From an uncultured Planctomycetota bacterium (GTDB taxonomy: Bacteria > Planctomycetota > DG-23 > CAZBND01), in the NCBI GenBank assembly GCA_964493415.1, contig CAZBND010000002.1:97678-161677 (forward strand): a stretch of 64,000 nucleotides of DNA, read 5' to 3'. Shown here piece after piece: positions 29,028 to 39,057 of the stretch. The notes beneath the pieces are model-generated. The model was not told where the DNA came from, ran no database searches, and was given only the letters and a program-made list of their open reading frames with translations. A program made the position numbers and the translations under genes. Position 1 is the first letter of the stretch; every line of letters begins with the position of its first letter.

Positions 29028-30728
29028 ATGGCTTGGGACATCGTTGCTCATCTTGTTGCGCTGGGGCGCTTATCGGAGGAGGCGGCCGGCGAATTTGCTC
29101 GGAGATCCCGGGCCGAGGGAAAAGGCGCGGCAGAGCTGTTGATCGACGACGACGTTTTAGGCGAACCCGAACTCCTGGCCATTTACTCTGACGTCTTCGG
29201 GCTGCCGCTGGCCCAGCACCTTGACGCAGGATGTGTGCTTCCCGAATTCAGGGATCGCATTCCTCAATCATTTGCGCTGGCACACAGGTTTGTGGCCCTT
29301 AAGGGAACAGACGGGGCAAGGGAGGTCGCGGTCGCAGACCCCGCGGGTCTTCCTATCATAGACGATGTTGCGCGTCTTCTCGGTTGCGAGTTGGACCCCG
29401 TCTTCGCCCCCCGCACCCAAATCATCTCTCTCATCTCCGAGACGTACCAGCATCAGCCGGCCGAAATCGGCCAGGCTCTCAGAGACCTCGCCCAGGATGA
29501 GCTTGAACGTCTGGCGGTTGACGTCCGCGACGGTGAAGACCTCGTAGACGTGGCTTCCAAGCCCCCGGTCGTAAAGCTCGTCGATATGGTCCTTCTGAGA
29601 GCCATCCGGATGCGAGCGAGCGACGTGCACGTCCAGCCCTACGAGGACTCGCTCCAGGTGCGCTACCGTATAGATGGGGTCCTTTACGACGTGATGAATC
29701 CACCCAAAGGCGCGCAAGAGGCCATCATCTCCAGGATAAAGGTGATGGGGAAGATGGACATAGCCGAGCGCCGCATCCCGCAAGAGGGGCGCACCACGCT
29801 ACGCCTTGCCGACAGGGAAGTGGACGTCCGCATCTCCTGCGTTCCCACTTGCCACGGCGAGAGGGTCGTCATCCGCCTCCACGACAAGGGCCTCTCGCTC
29901 TTCGAACTCGAGGACCTCGGGATGCCCAAGCCCGCACTCGAGAAATTCCACAGCCTGATCCGTTCCTCCCACGGCGTCGTCTTCGTTACCGGGCCCACCG
30001 GCTGCGGCAAGACTACCACCCTTTACGCGGCCCTCAAACGCATCAACTCTCCGGATAAGAACATTATCACCATCGAGGATCCCATAGAGTATCGAATCCC
30101 TGGAATCAGCCAGATCGAAGAAGAGCCGAAAAAAGGTGTAACTTTCGCCTCCACGCTTCCCTACGTGCTTCGCCAGGACCCCGACGTAATCATGATCGGA
30201 GAGGTTCGCGACTATGACACCGCCCGCATTGCCATCCAGGCTTCGCTCACCGGTCATCTCGTCTTCAGCACCGCTCACACCAACGATTCCGCGACCGCGA
30301 TAACTCGCCTGCTGGATATCGGCATTGAGCCGTATCTGGTCTCGTCCTCCCTTTTGGCCATCATGGCCCAGCGGCTTGTTCGCACAATATGTCCCCGCTG
30401 CAAGGAAGAATACGCGCCGAGCGTCGAAGAGAAGCAGTCGCTCGGGGTGTCGCAGGGCGGAGAGTCCCTCAGGCGGCTCTGGCGCGGAGCCGGATGCCCG
30501 GACTGCCTGCAAACGGGCTATCTCGGCCGCACGGGAATATATGAATTGCTTATCATCGACGAAACCGTGCGCGAGCAGATAGCCTCAGGCGCTCGGGCCT
30601 CCGAGGTAAAGCGGCAAGCCGTCGCTCGCGGGCTGCGTACCCTCCGCTCCGACGCCATCGACAAGGTGCTCAACGGAGTCACCACGGGCGAGGAGCTTCA
30701 CCGCATGACGCAGATGGATGCCCTCTAA
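29028..30728 (+). CDS. gspE: type II secretion / pilus assembly ATPase GspE
   Basis: MshEN-like N-terminus, ASDVH, GPTGCGKTT, TIEDPIEY, RQDPDVIMIGEVRD, CPRC..CPDC; start corrected to ATG 29028. Confidence 0.95.
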   Translation: MAWDIVAHLVALGRLSEEAAGEFARRSRAEGKGAAELLIDDDVLGEPELLAIYSDVFGLPLAQHLDAGCVLPEFRDRIPQSFALAHRFVALKGTDGAREVAVADPAGLPIIDDVARLLGCELDPVFAPRTQIISLISETYQHQPAEIGQALRDLAQDELERLAVDVRDGEDLVDVASKPPVVKLVDMVLLRAIRMRASDVHVQPYEDSLQVRYRIDGVLYDVMNPPKGAQEAIISRIKVMGKMDIAERRIPQEGRTTLRLADREVDVRISCVPTCHGERVVIRLHDKGLSLFELEDLGMPKPALEKFHSLIRSSHGVVFVTGPTGCGKTTTLYAALKRINSPDKNIITIEDPIEYRIPGISQIEEEPKKGVTFASTLPYVLRQDPDVIMIGEVRDYDTARIAIQASLTGHLVFSTAHTNDSATAITRLLDIGIEPYLVSSSLLAIMAQRLVRTICPRCKEEYAPSVEEKQSLGVSQGGESLRRLWRGAGCPDCLQTGYLGRTGIYELLIIDETVREQIASGARASEVKRQAVARGLRTLRSDAIDKVLNGVTTGEELHRMTQMDAL

Positions 30729-31948
30729 TGGCGGTCTTCCAGTATCGCGCCCTCAGGGACAATGGCCAACAGGCGAGCGGCATAATTGCCGCCGAATCCA
30801 CTCGCGAGGCGAGAGAAAAGCTCCGCCAAAGCCGCCTTCATCCCAGCTCTGTCACCCCTCTCCAGGCGCAAGCTCGGGGCAAGGCCCGCAAGGCGCTCGG
30901 TTACCTCGCCCGTCCTCCCGGCATGGAGCACCTTGCCTCTTTCACACGCGAACTCGCCACATTGCTGCAAGCCGGGGTCCCTCTCGCCGATACCTTGGGA
31001 GCGTTGTCCCAACAGGCTTCCAGCAGACGTCTCCAGGCCGTAACCCTCGACCTTCGCGAACGAATCCTGCGCGGCGAATCGTTCTCTTTTGCCCTTTCAG
31101 CGCATCCCGACTGGTTCGACGACCTCTATGTGAGCGTAGTCGCCGCCGCTGAAGGCGGCGGCTCGCTCGACGCCTCGCTGGAACGCCTCGCCCGTTACGT
31201 CACCAGGAAGGAGCGCGTAAGATCCCGTGTCTCTGCGGCGCTTGCCTACCCCGTCGTAATGATCTCTGTCAGCATCTGCGTCCTGATCTTCCTGGTCGCT
31301 TATGTTGTCCCCAAGATTGTCAGCCTGTTCGACGACCCTTCCCTGCTGCCGGCTGCAACACGCGTTCTGATGGCAGTTAGCTCCTTCTTCGGGGCCTTTT
31401 GGCCGGCGATCATTGCGGCGCTTGTCCTCGCGTATGTCGGTTTCAGGCTCGGACTCAAAACACCCGCGGGCGCTCGCCTTGGTGACTTGATCCTACTCCG
31501 CCTCCCCCTTCTGGGGGAGTTGGTGAAGAGAGCCGCCATCGCGAGGTTCGCCATAACACTCTCGAGCTTGCTCCGCAGCGGTATCCCCGCGCACGAGGCC
31601 CTCTTGATCGTGAAGAGCGTTGTCGGCAACCGCGTGATCGCCGACGCCGTAGGCGAGATTCATCGCCAGGTCCTCGAAGGAAACCGGATGTCCGGCTCGA
31701 TGCAGGCATCTGACCTCTTCCCGCCCACGGTCGCACAGATGGTCGCGGTCGGAGAGGGCAGCGGGCGGCTCCCCGACCTCCTTGAACGAATCGCCGATGC
31801 CTACGACGAATACGTCGAGCTTCACACGCAGAAATTGACCTCTCTCATAGAGCCCGTTATCATTATCGTGATGGCCTTTGTCGTTGCCTACATAGTCCTC
31901 TCGGTGCTCTTGCCGATTCTCAGAATTGGAATGGCTGTAGGTGCTTGA
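30728..31948 (+). CDS. gspF: type II secretion inner membrane platform protein GspF
   Basis: FTRELATLLQAGVPL, ALAYP, VGEGSGRL, SLIEP. Confidence 0.95.
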   Translation: MAVFQYRALRDNGQQASGIIAAESTREAREKLRQSRLHPSSVTPLQAQARGKARKALGYLARPPGMEHLASFTRELATLLQAGVPLADTLGALSQQASSRRLQAVTLDLRERILRGESFSFALSAHPDWFDDLYVSVVAAAEGGGSLDASLERLARYVTRKERVRSRVSAALAYPVVMISVSICVLIFLVAYVVPKIVSLFDDPSLLPAATRVLMAVSSFFGAFWPAIIAALVLAYVGFRLGLKTPAGARLGDLILLRLPLLGELVKRAAIARFAITLSSLLRSGIPAHEALLIVKSVVGNRVIADAVGEIHRQVLEGNRMSGSMQASDLFPPTVAQMVAVGEGSGRLPDLLERIADAYDEYVELHTQKLTSLIEPVIIIVMAFVVAYIVLSVLLPILRIGMAVGA

Positions 31949-31951
31949 ACC

Positions 31952-32398
31952 ATGAAACCGCGTCAGTCAATCAAGGCTTTCACGCTCATAGAGCTCATTC
32001 TCGTCATCACCATACTCGGGCTGCTTGCGACCATGGTCGCCGTCAACATCATGCCGAGAAGCGCCGAGGCAAAACGCAACGCGGCGCTCGTCCAGATCGG
32101 CCACTTCAAGAACGCCCTTCAGCTCTTTCGCTTCGACAACGGCTTCTACCCCTCCACCGAACAGGGGCTCGAAGCGCTCGTCGAAAAGCCCGCCATCGGG
32201 CGCATCCCCTCCAAGTGGCCGGAGCAGGGCTATCTGGAGAGCCCCACTGTGCCCAGGGACCCTTGGCGCAATCCCTACGTGTACATCTCGCCAGGGCTCC
32301 ACGGTGAACCCTTCAACATCATCTCTTGCGGCGCTGACGGCGTGGAGGGCGGAGAAGGCGAGGACGCCGACATAACCAGTTGGCAGGTGGCGGAATGA
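31952..32398 (+). CDS. gspG: major pseudopilin GspG
   Basis: KA|FTLIEL, FRFDNGFYPSTEQGLEAL, DPWRNPYVY, GADGVEGGEGEDADI calcium loop. Confidence 0.95.
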   Translation: MKPRQSIKAFTLIELILVITILGLLATMVAVNIMPRSAEAKRNAALVQIGHFKNALQLFRFDNGFYPSTEQGLEALVEKPAIGRIPSKWPEQGYLESPTVPRDPWRNPYVYISPGLHGEPFNIISCGADGVEGGEGEDADITSWQVAE

Positions 32399-32904
32399 AA
32401 TCCCACGCGACGGCCCGGTCCTTCACGCTGATCGAACTCGTCATCGTCTTAGCCCTCCTGGGAATCTTCGCCTCCATCGTCGCTGTCAACGCCCAAGGCT
32501 TCGGCGCGAACGCAAAGCTCGATTCCGCCGCTCGAACGGCCTCCGACGTCATCGCGCTTGCGCGCAACGAAGCCCGTGTGAGCGGCCGCGTCTGGTCCAT
32601 ACAATACGAAGTCGGGGGCAGGGCCATAAAGCTCTTGCCGCCTGAGAGCGAGGAAGACCTCAGCACGTTCTTTCTTCCCCGTGGCGTTCAGCTCCGAGCC
32701 GCGATTCGCGGCTCTTTCCACCCGGATGGAAGCTGGGCGTCCGTGGAAGTCCGCCCCGACGGAGTGCTCACTCCGCACCGGATCTACATCGCAGACGATG
32801 CCGGAGGCGCGCGTACTATCTCGCCCAACCCCATCACCGGCGTCGCTACCATTTCCCAGGGCCTAACGGAGCCCAATCGCCATGTTTTACCATCCATCCA
32901 ATAG
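32395..32904 (+). CDS. gspH: minor pseudopilin GspH-like
   Basis: RS|FTLIELVIVL N-methylation motif; position after gspG; ATG 32395. Confidence 0.75.
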   Translation: MKSHATARSFTLIELVIVLALLGIFASIVAVNAQGFGANAKLDSAARTASDVIALARNEARVSGRVWSIQYEVGGRAIKLLPPESEEDLSTFFLPRGVQLRAAIRGSFHPDGSWASVEVRPDGVLTPHRIYIADDAGGARTISPNPITGVATISQGLTEPNRHVLPSIQ

Positions 32905-33259
32905 AGCCTTCACCCTCATAGAGGTCGTTGTGGCTGTCGGCCTCGTGGCAACCGTCATGATGGCGGTCTTGCGGGTGCGCGACGACGCGCTCACGCGTAA
33001 CTCCGACGCCGCCGACAAGCTCCTGGCTGCAGATGTGGCTGACGAGAAACTCGCGGAGCTGGCGAGCTTCGGCTTTCCCTTTTCTTATCAGACCGGCGGA
33101 AAGGTCCCTTTCCGCGGCGGATTTGTCTGGTCGCTTTCAGAAATCAGCAAATCGCATCCGACTATCGGGCATCTGCGTGAGTTACAGATCGTCGTCGAAC
33201 GGCCAGGAGCCGACTCGCCTTCCGCCCGTCTGTCGATCATCCTTCCTGTGGAGATCTGA
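32882..33259 (+). CDS. gspI: minor pseudopilin GspI-like
   Basis: RA|FTLIEVVVA, short, LAADVADEKLAEL. Confidence 0.7.
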   Translation: MFYHPSNRAFTLIEVVVAVGLVATVMMAVLRVRDDALTRNSDAADKLLAADVADEKLAELASFGFPFSYQTGGKVPFRGGFVWSLSEISKSHPTIGHLRELQIVVERPGADSPSARLSIILPVEI

Positions 33260-33261
33260 CC

Positions 33262-33882
33262 ATGCGCTCTCTGCGCGGCTTCACCTTGATAGAAGTCCTC
33301 ATGGCCTCGGCAATCGCCGCGCTCTTCGTGGGTCTGCTTGGTGCAACTCTCTCGGCGACTTTGCACGCCGACGAAATGATCAGGGCTCATTCCGAACTCG
33401 ACACGGAGGGCCGCGCTTTGCTGAGGATTATAGCTGCGGATGTCTCTGCTGCGATTTATCCGGCGGATAACATGGAAAGTTTTCTGGGAGAGGATTCGCT
33501 CAAAAGCGGCATGCCTGCCGACTCCATTCACCTGCTCAGTGCGTCTCAGCCGCTTCTAGCCGGCGCGCCCCCCTGCGAAGTGAGCTACATCCCGCGCGAA
33601 AGATCGGGTAGAATAACACTTGTGCGCCGGGAGGCATGGCCGGCCGACCGAAGGATCACCGTGGGTGGCACAGAGACAGAGATAGCCTCTTCTCTCGTTG
33701 CGCTCGATTTTCGGTACTTCGATGGCAGCGCCTGGCGGGATTCGTGGAGTGCCCAGTCTGAGGGTTACCTCCCAGTGGCGGTCCGTGCGGACGTGCGGCT
33801 TCTCCCCACCGAGGGAGTGGAGCCGCTGTCCTTCTCGGATGTTATTCTCGTGCTGTCCGGAGGCAAGCGGGAGACGAATTGA
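33262..33882 (+). CDS. gspJ: minor pseudopilin GspJ-like
   Basis: RG|FTLIEVL, LDFRYFDGSAWRDSW, LPVAVR. Confidence 0.75.
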   Translation: MRSLRGFTLIEVLMASAIAALFVGLLGATLSATLHADEMIRAHSELDTEGRALLRIIAADVSAAIYPADNMESFLGEDSLKSGMPADSIHLLSASQPLLAGAPPCEVSYIPRERSGRITLVRREAWPADRRITVGGTETEIASSLVALDFRYFDGSAWRDSWSAQSEGYLPVAVRADVRLLPTEGVEPLSFSDVILVLSGGKRETN

Positions 33883-35048
33883 TGGCACCCGCCCACAAAC
33901 GCAGGAGAGGGGTCGTCGTTCTCGGCTCCACGGGTTCCGTCGGTCGCAATACTCTGGACGTACTCAGAGCCCTCCAGTCAAGCTTCCGGGTAGTCGGTCT
34001 GTCGGCTAACAAGAGCTGGCAGACCCTTCTCGAGCAAATAGAGGAGTTTCAGCCGTCTCGCGTTGCTCTTGCCGACGGAGCGTCGGCTTGCAGCCTGGAG
34101 GGTGCTTCATTGCCGAATGGGATAAGTCTGATGCTCGGCAGGGGAGGGGTGGAAGAACTCGCCTCCGACCCCGACGCTGATTTCGTAGTCCTCGCCATAT
34201 CGGGCGGAGCCGCCATCCACGCCGCAGTTTCAGCCATTAAGGCCGGGAAGACACTGGGACTGGCAAACAAAGAAGTTCTCGTCATGGCCGGAGAGACCAT
34301 TGCTGAACTGGCCCATAGGCACGGGGCCAAGATCGTTCCCATCGACAGCGAGCACAATGCCATTCACCAGTTACTCAGGACCGGCCGTCGCACTGAGGTC
34401 AGGCGGATCATACTTACCGCCTCAGGCGGCCCATTCTATGACTGGCCCGATTCCAAGCTCCGCAAGGTCACCGTAGAAGAGGCGCTTCGCCATCCGACCT
34501 GGCGCATGGGACAGCAGATCACCATAAACTCCGCGACCATGATCAACAAGGCCATGGAAGTCGTGGAAGCCCACTGGCTCTTCGGACTCGATGCGGATCA
34601 GATCGAGATTCTCGTCCACCCGGAGGCGATCGTCCACTCGGTTGTCGAGTTTCGTGACGGCGCGTGCTTCGCGGTCATGGGACCGCCGGATATGCGCGTT
34701 CCCATCCAGTACGCGCTTACCGGCCCCCGCCGTGTCGCTGCGCCGCACATAGCCATGGATCTCGCCGAGATAGGCTCGCTCACTTTCAGAAAGCCTGACT
34801 TCGAGAAGTTCCCCGGCCTTTCATTGGGCTATGACGTCCTCAAGCGGGGCGGCACAAGTGGAGCCGTGCTCTGCGGAGCGAACGAGGCCGCCGTCAGAAA
34901 ATTCGTTGAGGGTGTAATAGAGTTTCCCGACATCGCAGCCCTTGTCAGGCGCGTCATGGACAAACACGCCCCCATCGGTCAACCCACCGTTGAGCAGATC
35001 GTCGCCGTCGGCAGGTGGAGCGCTCGCCAAGTGGAAAGGCTGGTGTGA
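33882..35048 (+). CDS. dxr: 1-deoxy-D-xylulose 5-phosphate reductoisomerase
   Basis: LGSTGSVG, LANKE, PIDSEH, LTASGGPF, HPTWRMG, NKAMEVVEA. Confidence 0.97.
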   Translation: MAPAHKRRRGVVVLGSTGSVGRNTLDVLRALQSSFRVVGLSANKSWQTLLEQIEEFQPSRVALADGASACSLEGASLPNGISLMLGRGGVEELASDPDADFVVLAISGGAAIHAAVSAIKAGKTLGLANKEVLVMAGETIAELAHRHGAKIVPIDSEHNAIHQLLRTGRRTEVRRIILTASGGPFYDWPDSKLRKVTVEEALRHPTWRMGQQITINSATMINKAMEVVEAHWLFGLDADQIEILVHPEAIVHSVVEFRDGACFAVMGPPDMRVPIQYALTGPRRVAAPHIAMDLAEIGSLTFRKPDFEKFPGLSLGYDVLKRGGTSGAVLCGANEAAVRKFVEGVIEFPDIAALVRRVMDKHAPIGQPTVEQIVAVGRWSARQVERLV

Positions 35049-36841
35049 CCGTGCCGGTCGACGTGATCCTGCGTATCGCGCAAGTCGTGCTGGGATTCAC
35101 TCTGCTCCTCCTCTTCCACGAGATGGGACACCTGATAGTCGGCCTCCTCGTCGGCGTTAAAGTGGAGCGCCTATCGATAGGGTTCGGCCCCAAGCTCTTT
35201 GGCTTCAAACGCCGCGGCACGGAGTACATCATCTCCGCCGTTCCAGCAGGTGGCTATGTGAAATTCAAGGGGGACGAACCGGGTTCGCCCGAGAGCAGAG
35301 AGCCCGACTCCTTCTGGGGTAAGGCCCCCGGCCCCCGTGCCCTGATCGTCATCGGCGGCGTGTTCATGAACATCGTCACCGGCGTCATCGCTTTCGCCAT
35401 CGCCTTCGGCATAGGAGTCAAGACCGAAAGCCCCGTCGTGGGCGGCGTGCTTCCCCACAGCCCGGCAGAAGCGGCCGGCTTCCTTCCCGGCGACAGGATT
35501 CTGTCCATCGATGGCAGAAAGGTCGCCGACTTCCAGGATGTCGCCTATGGCGTCGCCATGGCAGCCCGGGCGGAGCCGCTCGCAGTTGATGTCCGGCGTA
35601 ATGGCAGTCACGTGACCGTTGACGTAGTACCAGAGTTCGACGAGGCGCGAGGCATCCAGACGATAGGCATTCTCCCTCCGGCTAGCCTGACGATTGGAGC
35701 CCTCACCAAGGGTTCCGCCGCTGAGAACGCAGGATTGCGCGCGGGGGATGAGATTCTTTCCGTTGATGGCCGGCCCATCGAGAGTTGGGAGCAGTTCGAA
35801 CAGCTCGTGAAGGGCAATCCCGGAGAAACCCTTGCCATCACCGTCCGCCGCAAAGGGGGCACCGTCGATCTTGCAGTGGCCGTCGAGCCGGTCTATGAAT
35901 GGATTCTGGGCGTGGAGGGCTTCCCCCTGGTCCAGAAGGTCCTGCCCGGATCAGCGGCAGACCAAGCGGGCATTCTTGAGGGCGACATTCTCCTCGCGTT
36001 CGACAATACGGAAGTCGTGGGGGATTTGCTGCCCGAGCTGCTGGCCCACGGCGAGGGCAATCCTGCCCGCCTCTCGGTTCTTCGGGGAGGCCGCCAACTC
36101 CACCTCACCGTTACGCCGGCCCGCAGCGGCGACAGATGGCTCCTGGGTATCGTATATGTCCCGGCGACCCTCGTCGCAAGAGTGCACGAGGGCTCTCCCG
36201 CCGAGGAGCTCGGTATAGTTCCCGGCGATCACATAGTCTCCATAGAGGGCAAGCGCGTTACGAGCCTCAACGAGGCCGCCGTCGTTCTCCAGGATCGGAA
36301 AGACGCAGCTACTCGCATTCAGTGGGCTCGGCAACAGGAGGTAATCAGCTCGCAGTTCATACCGGAAAAGTCCGATGCCCCCGCGACAGGCATCCTCGGT
36401 GTTGTCCCGGAAGCCCAGTCAGAGGTGATCAGGCAAGGTTTCATCGGCGCGTGCAAGCTGGGTGTACTGAGGTCGATATTGACGGCCAAGCGGGCGGGAA
36501 TGACATTCTGGGCGCTCCTCACCCGTCAAGTCTCTCCTACCAACGTTGGCGGGCCGGTCCTTATTGGCCGCGTACTCTACCAAAGAGCCGGCCAGGGTCT
36601 GGCAAGGCTCATATACTTCTTCGGAATGATCAGCGTCCTGATCGCCATCCCCAACCTCCTTCCCCTCCCCGTTCTCGATGGTGGGCACCTCGTCATTCTT
36701 GCGGTAGAAAAGCTGAAGGGCTCACCCCTAAGCACCCGGGCTATGATGGTGTGGCAGTACTCCGGCATCGTTCTCATCGGCGTTATTTTCGTCCTGATCC
36801 TTGTAAACGACATTCACCAACTGTTTACCCTTACGTTCTAG
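35045..36841 (+). CDS. rseP: RIP metalloprotease RseP with four PDZ domains
   Basis: FHEMGH, GFGP, PAGGYV, GGPV, NLLPLPVLDGGH; four SP/SAA..AG...GD PDZ repeats. Confidence 0.93.
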   Translation: MTVPVDVILRIAQVVLGFTLLLLFHEMGHLIVGLLVGVKVERLSIGFGPKLFGFKRRGTEYIISAVPAGGYVKFKGDEPGSPESREPDSFWGKAPGPRALIVIGGVFMNIVTGVIAFAIAFGIGVKTESPVVGGVLPHSPAEAAGFLPGDRILSIDGRKVADFQDVAYGVAMAARAEPLAVDVRRNGSHVTVDVVPEFDEARGIQTIGILPPASLTIGALTKGSAAENAGLRAGDEILSVDGRPIESWEQFEQLVKGNPGETLAITVRRKGGTVDLAVAVEPVYEWILGVEGFPLVQKVLPGSAADQAGILEGDILLAFDNTEVVGDLLPELLAHGEGNPARLSVLRGGRQLHLTVTPARSGDRWLLGIVYVPATLVARVHEGSPAEELGIVPGDHIVSIEGKRVTSLNEAAVVLQDRKDAATRIQWARQQEVISSQFIPEKSDAPATGILGVVPEAQSEVIRQGFIGACKLGVLRSILTAKRAGMTFWALLTRQVSPTNVGGPVLIGRVLYQRAGQGLARLIYFFGMISVLIAIPNLLPLPVLDGGHLVILAVEKLKGSPLSTRAMMVWQYSGIVLIGVIFVLILVNDIHQLFTLTF

Positions 36842-36866
36842 TGCCGGCGCTATCGCATAGATTCAA

Positions 36867-38252
36867 ATGAGAGAACCGAATCCCCTCTTCATATCTCCGG
36901 ACAATATGGCCCTCGCCACCGACCTCTACGAATTCACGATGGCGGCGGGGTATTTCAACGCCGGCCTGAAAGACCGACTCGCCTTTGAACTCTTCGTCCG
37001 CGACCTCCCCCCCAGCCGCAATTATCTCATCGCAGCCGGGCTGGAACAGGCCGTCCATTTCGTCACGCAACTCCGATTCAGCGAGGACTCGGTAGCATAT
37101 CTACAGTCGCTTAAACCTTTCGAACGCGTCAGCCCGGAGTTCTTTGACTACCTTCGGTCCTTCAGGTTCTCCGGCGACCTTTTTGCCCTGGAGGAGGGGA
37201 CGGTTTTCTTCCCAGGGGAACCCGTGCTCGTCGTCTCTGGTGCTCCTGTCGAGGCGCAGATACTTGAAACATTTCTTCTGACCACTATCAGTTTTCAGAC
37301 TGCCGTCGCATCTAAGGCCGCTCGCGTTGTTCACGCCGCCGAAGGTCGAAGTGTGATTGACTTCGGCAGCCGCCGCGCTCACGGTCCCCAGGCCGGAGTC
37401 CTCGCCGCCCGCGCTTGCTACATCGCCGGGTGCTCCGGCACCTCCAACGTCCTCGCCGCGAAACAGCTCGCTATACCTCCCATCGGCACCGCGGCCCATT
37501 CCTGGACCATGGCCTTTGACAGCGAGGAAGATGCCTTTCGCGCGTACTACAGCGCCTTTCCCGACGACGCGATCTTGCTGGTCGACACCTACGACACCAT
37601 CGAAGGGACGAAAGCCGCAGCTCGTATAGGCAATGAGCTCAAAGGCGTCCGCCTCGACAGCGGAGACATTTCCGAACTCAGCAAGCGGGTCCGTGAGCTC
37701 CTCGACGAGCGTGGACTTCGCCGTGCCAAGATAGTCGCTTCAGGCGACCTGAACGAGTACAAAATCGCTGACATACTATCGGCAGGCGGCATCGTGGACA
37801 TCTTCGGCGTGGGAACTGAAATGGTCACTTCCAAAGATGCGCCCGCCCTTTCCGCCGTCTACAAGCTCGTGGAACGATGCGAAGGGACAACACCCAAGCC
37901 CGTAATCAAGCTGAGCGAAGACAAAAGCACCATCCCCGGCGCGAAACAGCTCTACCGGTTCCGCGGAAAGGACGGGCTATTCGACCATGACCTGCTCACC
38001 CACATTGGCGAGCCTATCCCCGAAACCGCCGAGCCGCTCCTGAAGCGCGTGATCCACTGCGGGAAGCTCACGTATGATCTCCCCTCCATCCGTGACGTTC
38101 GGTCCAGGGCGCAGGAACAGATCTATTCGCTTCCCGAAGTTCTCAGATCTCTCGATTCGCAGCCCGCTTATCCCGTTCGCCTGTCGCAGCATCTGCGAGG
38201 CCTTCGCTCCCAGGCCGTGTCTCGGCTTTCGACAAATCCAAAGGAGGCCTAA
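36867..38252 (+). CDS. pncB: nicotinate phosphoribosyltransferase
   Basis: LATDLYEFTM, DFGSRRAH, GTAAHSW, LVDTYD, GVRLDSGD, FGVGT. Confidence 0.95.
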   Translation: MREPNPLFISPDNMALATDLYEFTMAAGYFNAGLKDRLAFELFVRDLPPSRNYLIAAGLEQAVHFVTQLRFSEDSVAYLQSLKPFERVSPEFFDYLRSFRFSGDLFALEEGTVFFPGEPVLVVSGAPVEAQILETFLLTTISFQTAVASKAARVVHAAEGRSVIDFGSRRAHGPQAGVLAARACYIAGCSGTSNVLAAKQLAIPPIGTAAHSWTMAFDSEEDAFRAYYSAFPDDAILLVDTYDTIEGTKAAARIGNELKGVRLDSGDISELSKRVRELLDERGLRRAKIVASGDLNEYKIADILSAGGIVDIFGVGTEMVTSKDAPALSAVYKLVERCEGTTPKPVIKLSEDKSTIPGAKQLYRFRGKDGLFDHDLLTHIGEPIPETAEPLLKRVIHCGKLTYDLPSIRDVRSRAQEQIYSLPEVLRSLDSQPAYPVRLSQHLRGLRSQAVSRLSTNPKEA

Positions 38253-38254
38253 CC

Positions 38255-38881
38255 GTGCAGATGAGCAAGACCGTTTTCGTCGACGTGGACACCCAGGTGG
38301 ACTTCATGCGCTCCGATGGCGCGCTCTACGTCCCTGACGCTGAGCGGATCATACCTGATCTGAAGAAGCTCGTCGATGCCGCCGTCAAGAAAGCCACCCC
38401 GATCATCTCCACTGCCGACAATCACCGCGAAGACGACGAGGAGATGAAGCAGTTTCCCCCTCACTGCATCGGCGGCACACCCGGACAGAAGAAGATACCC
38501 GAGACTACCACCTCCGGACTGATCAACCTGCCGAACAGACCTTATCCGGGCGACCTCTCGACCATATTCGACCACTACGACCAAGTAGTCCTGGAGGCAA
38601 ATACCCTCGACAAATTCAGCAACTGCAACACTGATCCCCTCATTCGCAAGCTTTTCGCCGACGAATACTTCGTATTTGGTGTGGCGACCGAGTACTGTGT
38701 GCGACTAATGGTTCTCGGCCTGCTGGACCGCGGCAAGAAGGTCACCCTCCTCACCGACGCTGTAAAACCCATCCAGGAAGCGGCGGGCAAGGCCGCCATC
38801 GACGAGGTGATCCAACACGGAGCCAAGCTCGCCTCCGCCTCCGAAGTCATCTCCAGACTTGACGCGGCCTCCCCTCGGTAG
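38255..38881 (+). CDS. pncA: nicotinamidase (isochorismatase family)
   Basis: VDVDTQVDFM..GALYVP, D.H, FPPHC, GVATEYCV; directly after pncB. Confidence 0.85.
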   Translation: MQMSKTVFVDVDTQVDFMRSDGALYVPDAERIIPDLKKLVDAAVKKATPIISTADNHREDDEEMKQFPPHCIGGTPGQKKIPETTTSGLINLPNRPYPGDLSTIFDHYDQVVLEANTLDKFSNCNTDPLIRKLFADEYFVFGVATEYCVRLMVLGLLDRGKKVTLLTDAVKPIQEAAGKAAIDEVIQHGAKLASASEVISRLDAASPR

Positions 38882-38887
38882 TATCCT
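38859..38887 (+). promoter_or_regulatory. sigma70 promoter of tRNA-His
   Basis: TTGACG, 17 nt spacer, TATCCT. Confidence 0.6.
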
Positions 38888-38911
38888 TTCTTTTCTGGAT
38901 GAACCTTACGC

Positions 38912-38985
38912 GGTGGGCGTAGCTCAGTTGGCAGAGCGCCAGACTGTGGCTCTGGTTGTCGAGGGTTCGAGTCCCTCCGCTCACC
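38912..38985 (+). tRNA. tRNA-His (GTG)
   Basis: G-1 plus GTGGGCG/CGCTCAC stem, C73, anticodon arm CCAGA-CT GTG GC-TCTGG, GGTTCGAGTCC; CCA not encoded. Confidence 0.96.
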
Positions 38986-38991
38986 CCCGCG

Positions 38992-39027
38992 GAGCCCTCC
39001 AGAGGAGGTCGGGAGGGCTCTTTTCTT
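38992..39027 (+). terminator. rho-independent terminator after tRNA-His
   Basis: GAGCCCTCC / GGAGGGCTC 9 bp stem followed by TTTTCTT. Confidence 0.8.
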
Positions 39028-39057
39028 GCCCCCAGGGGCCGCAGGAGGAATGGAGAA

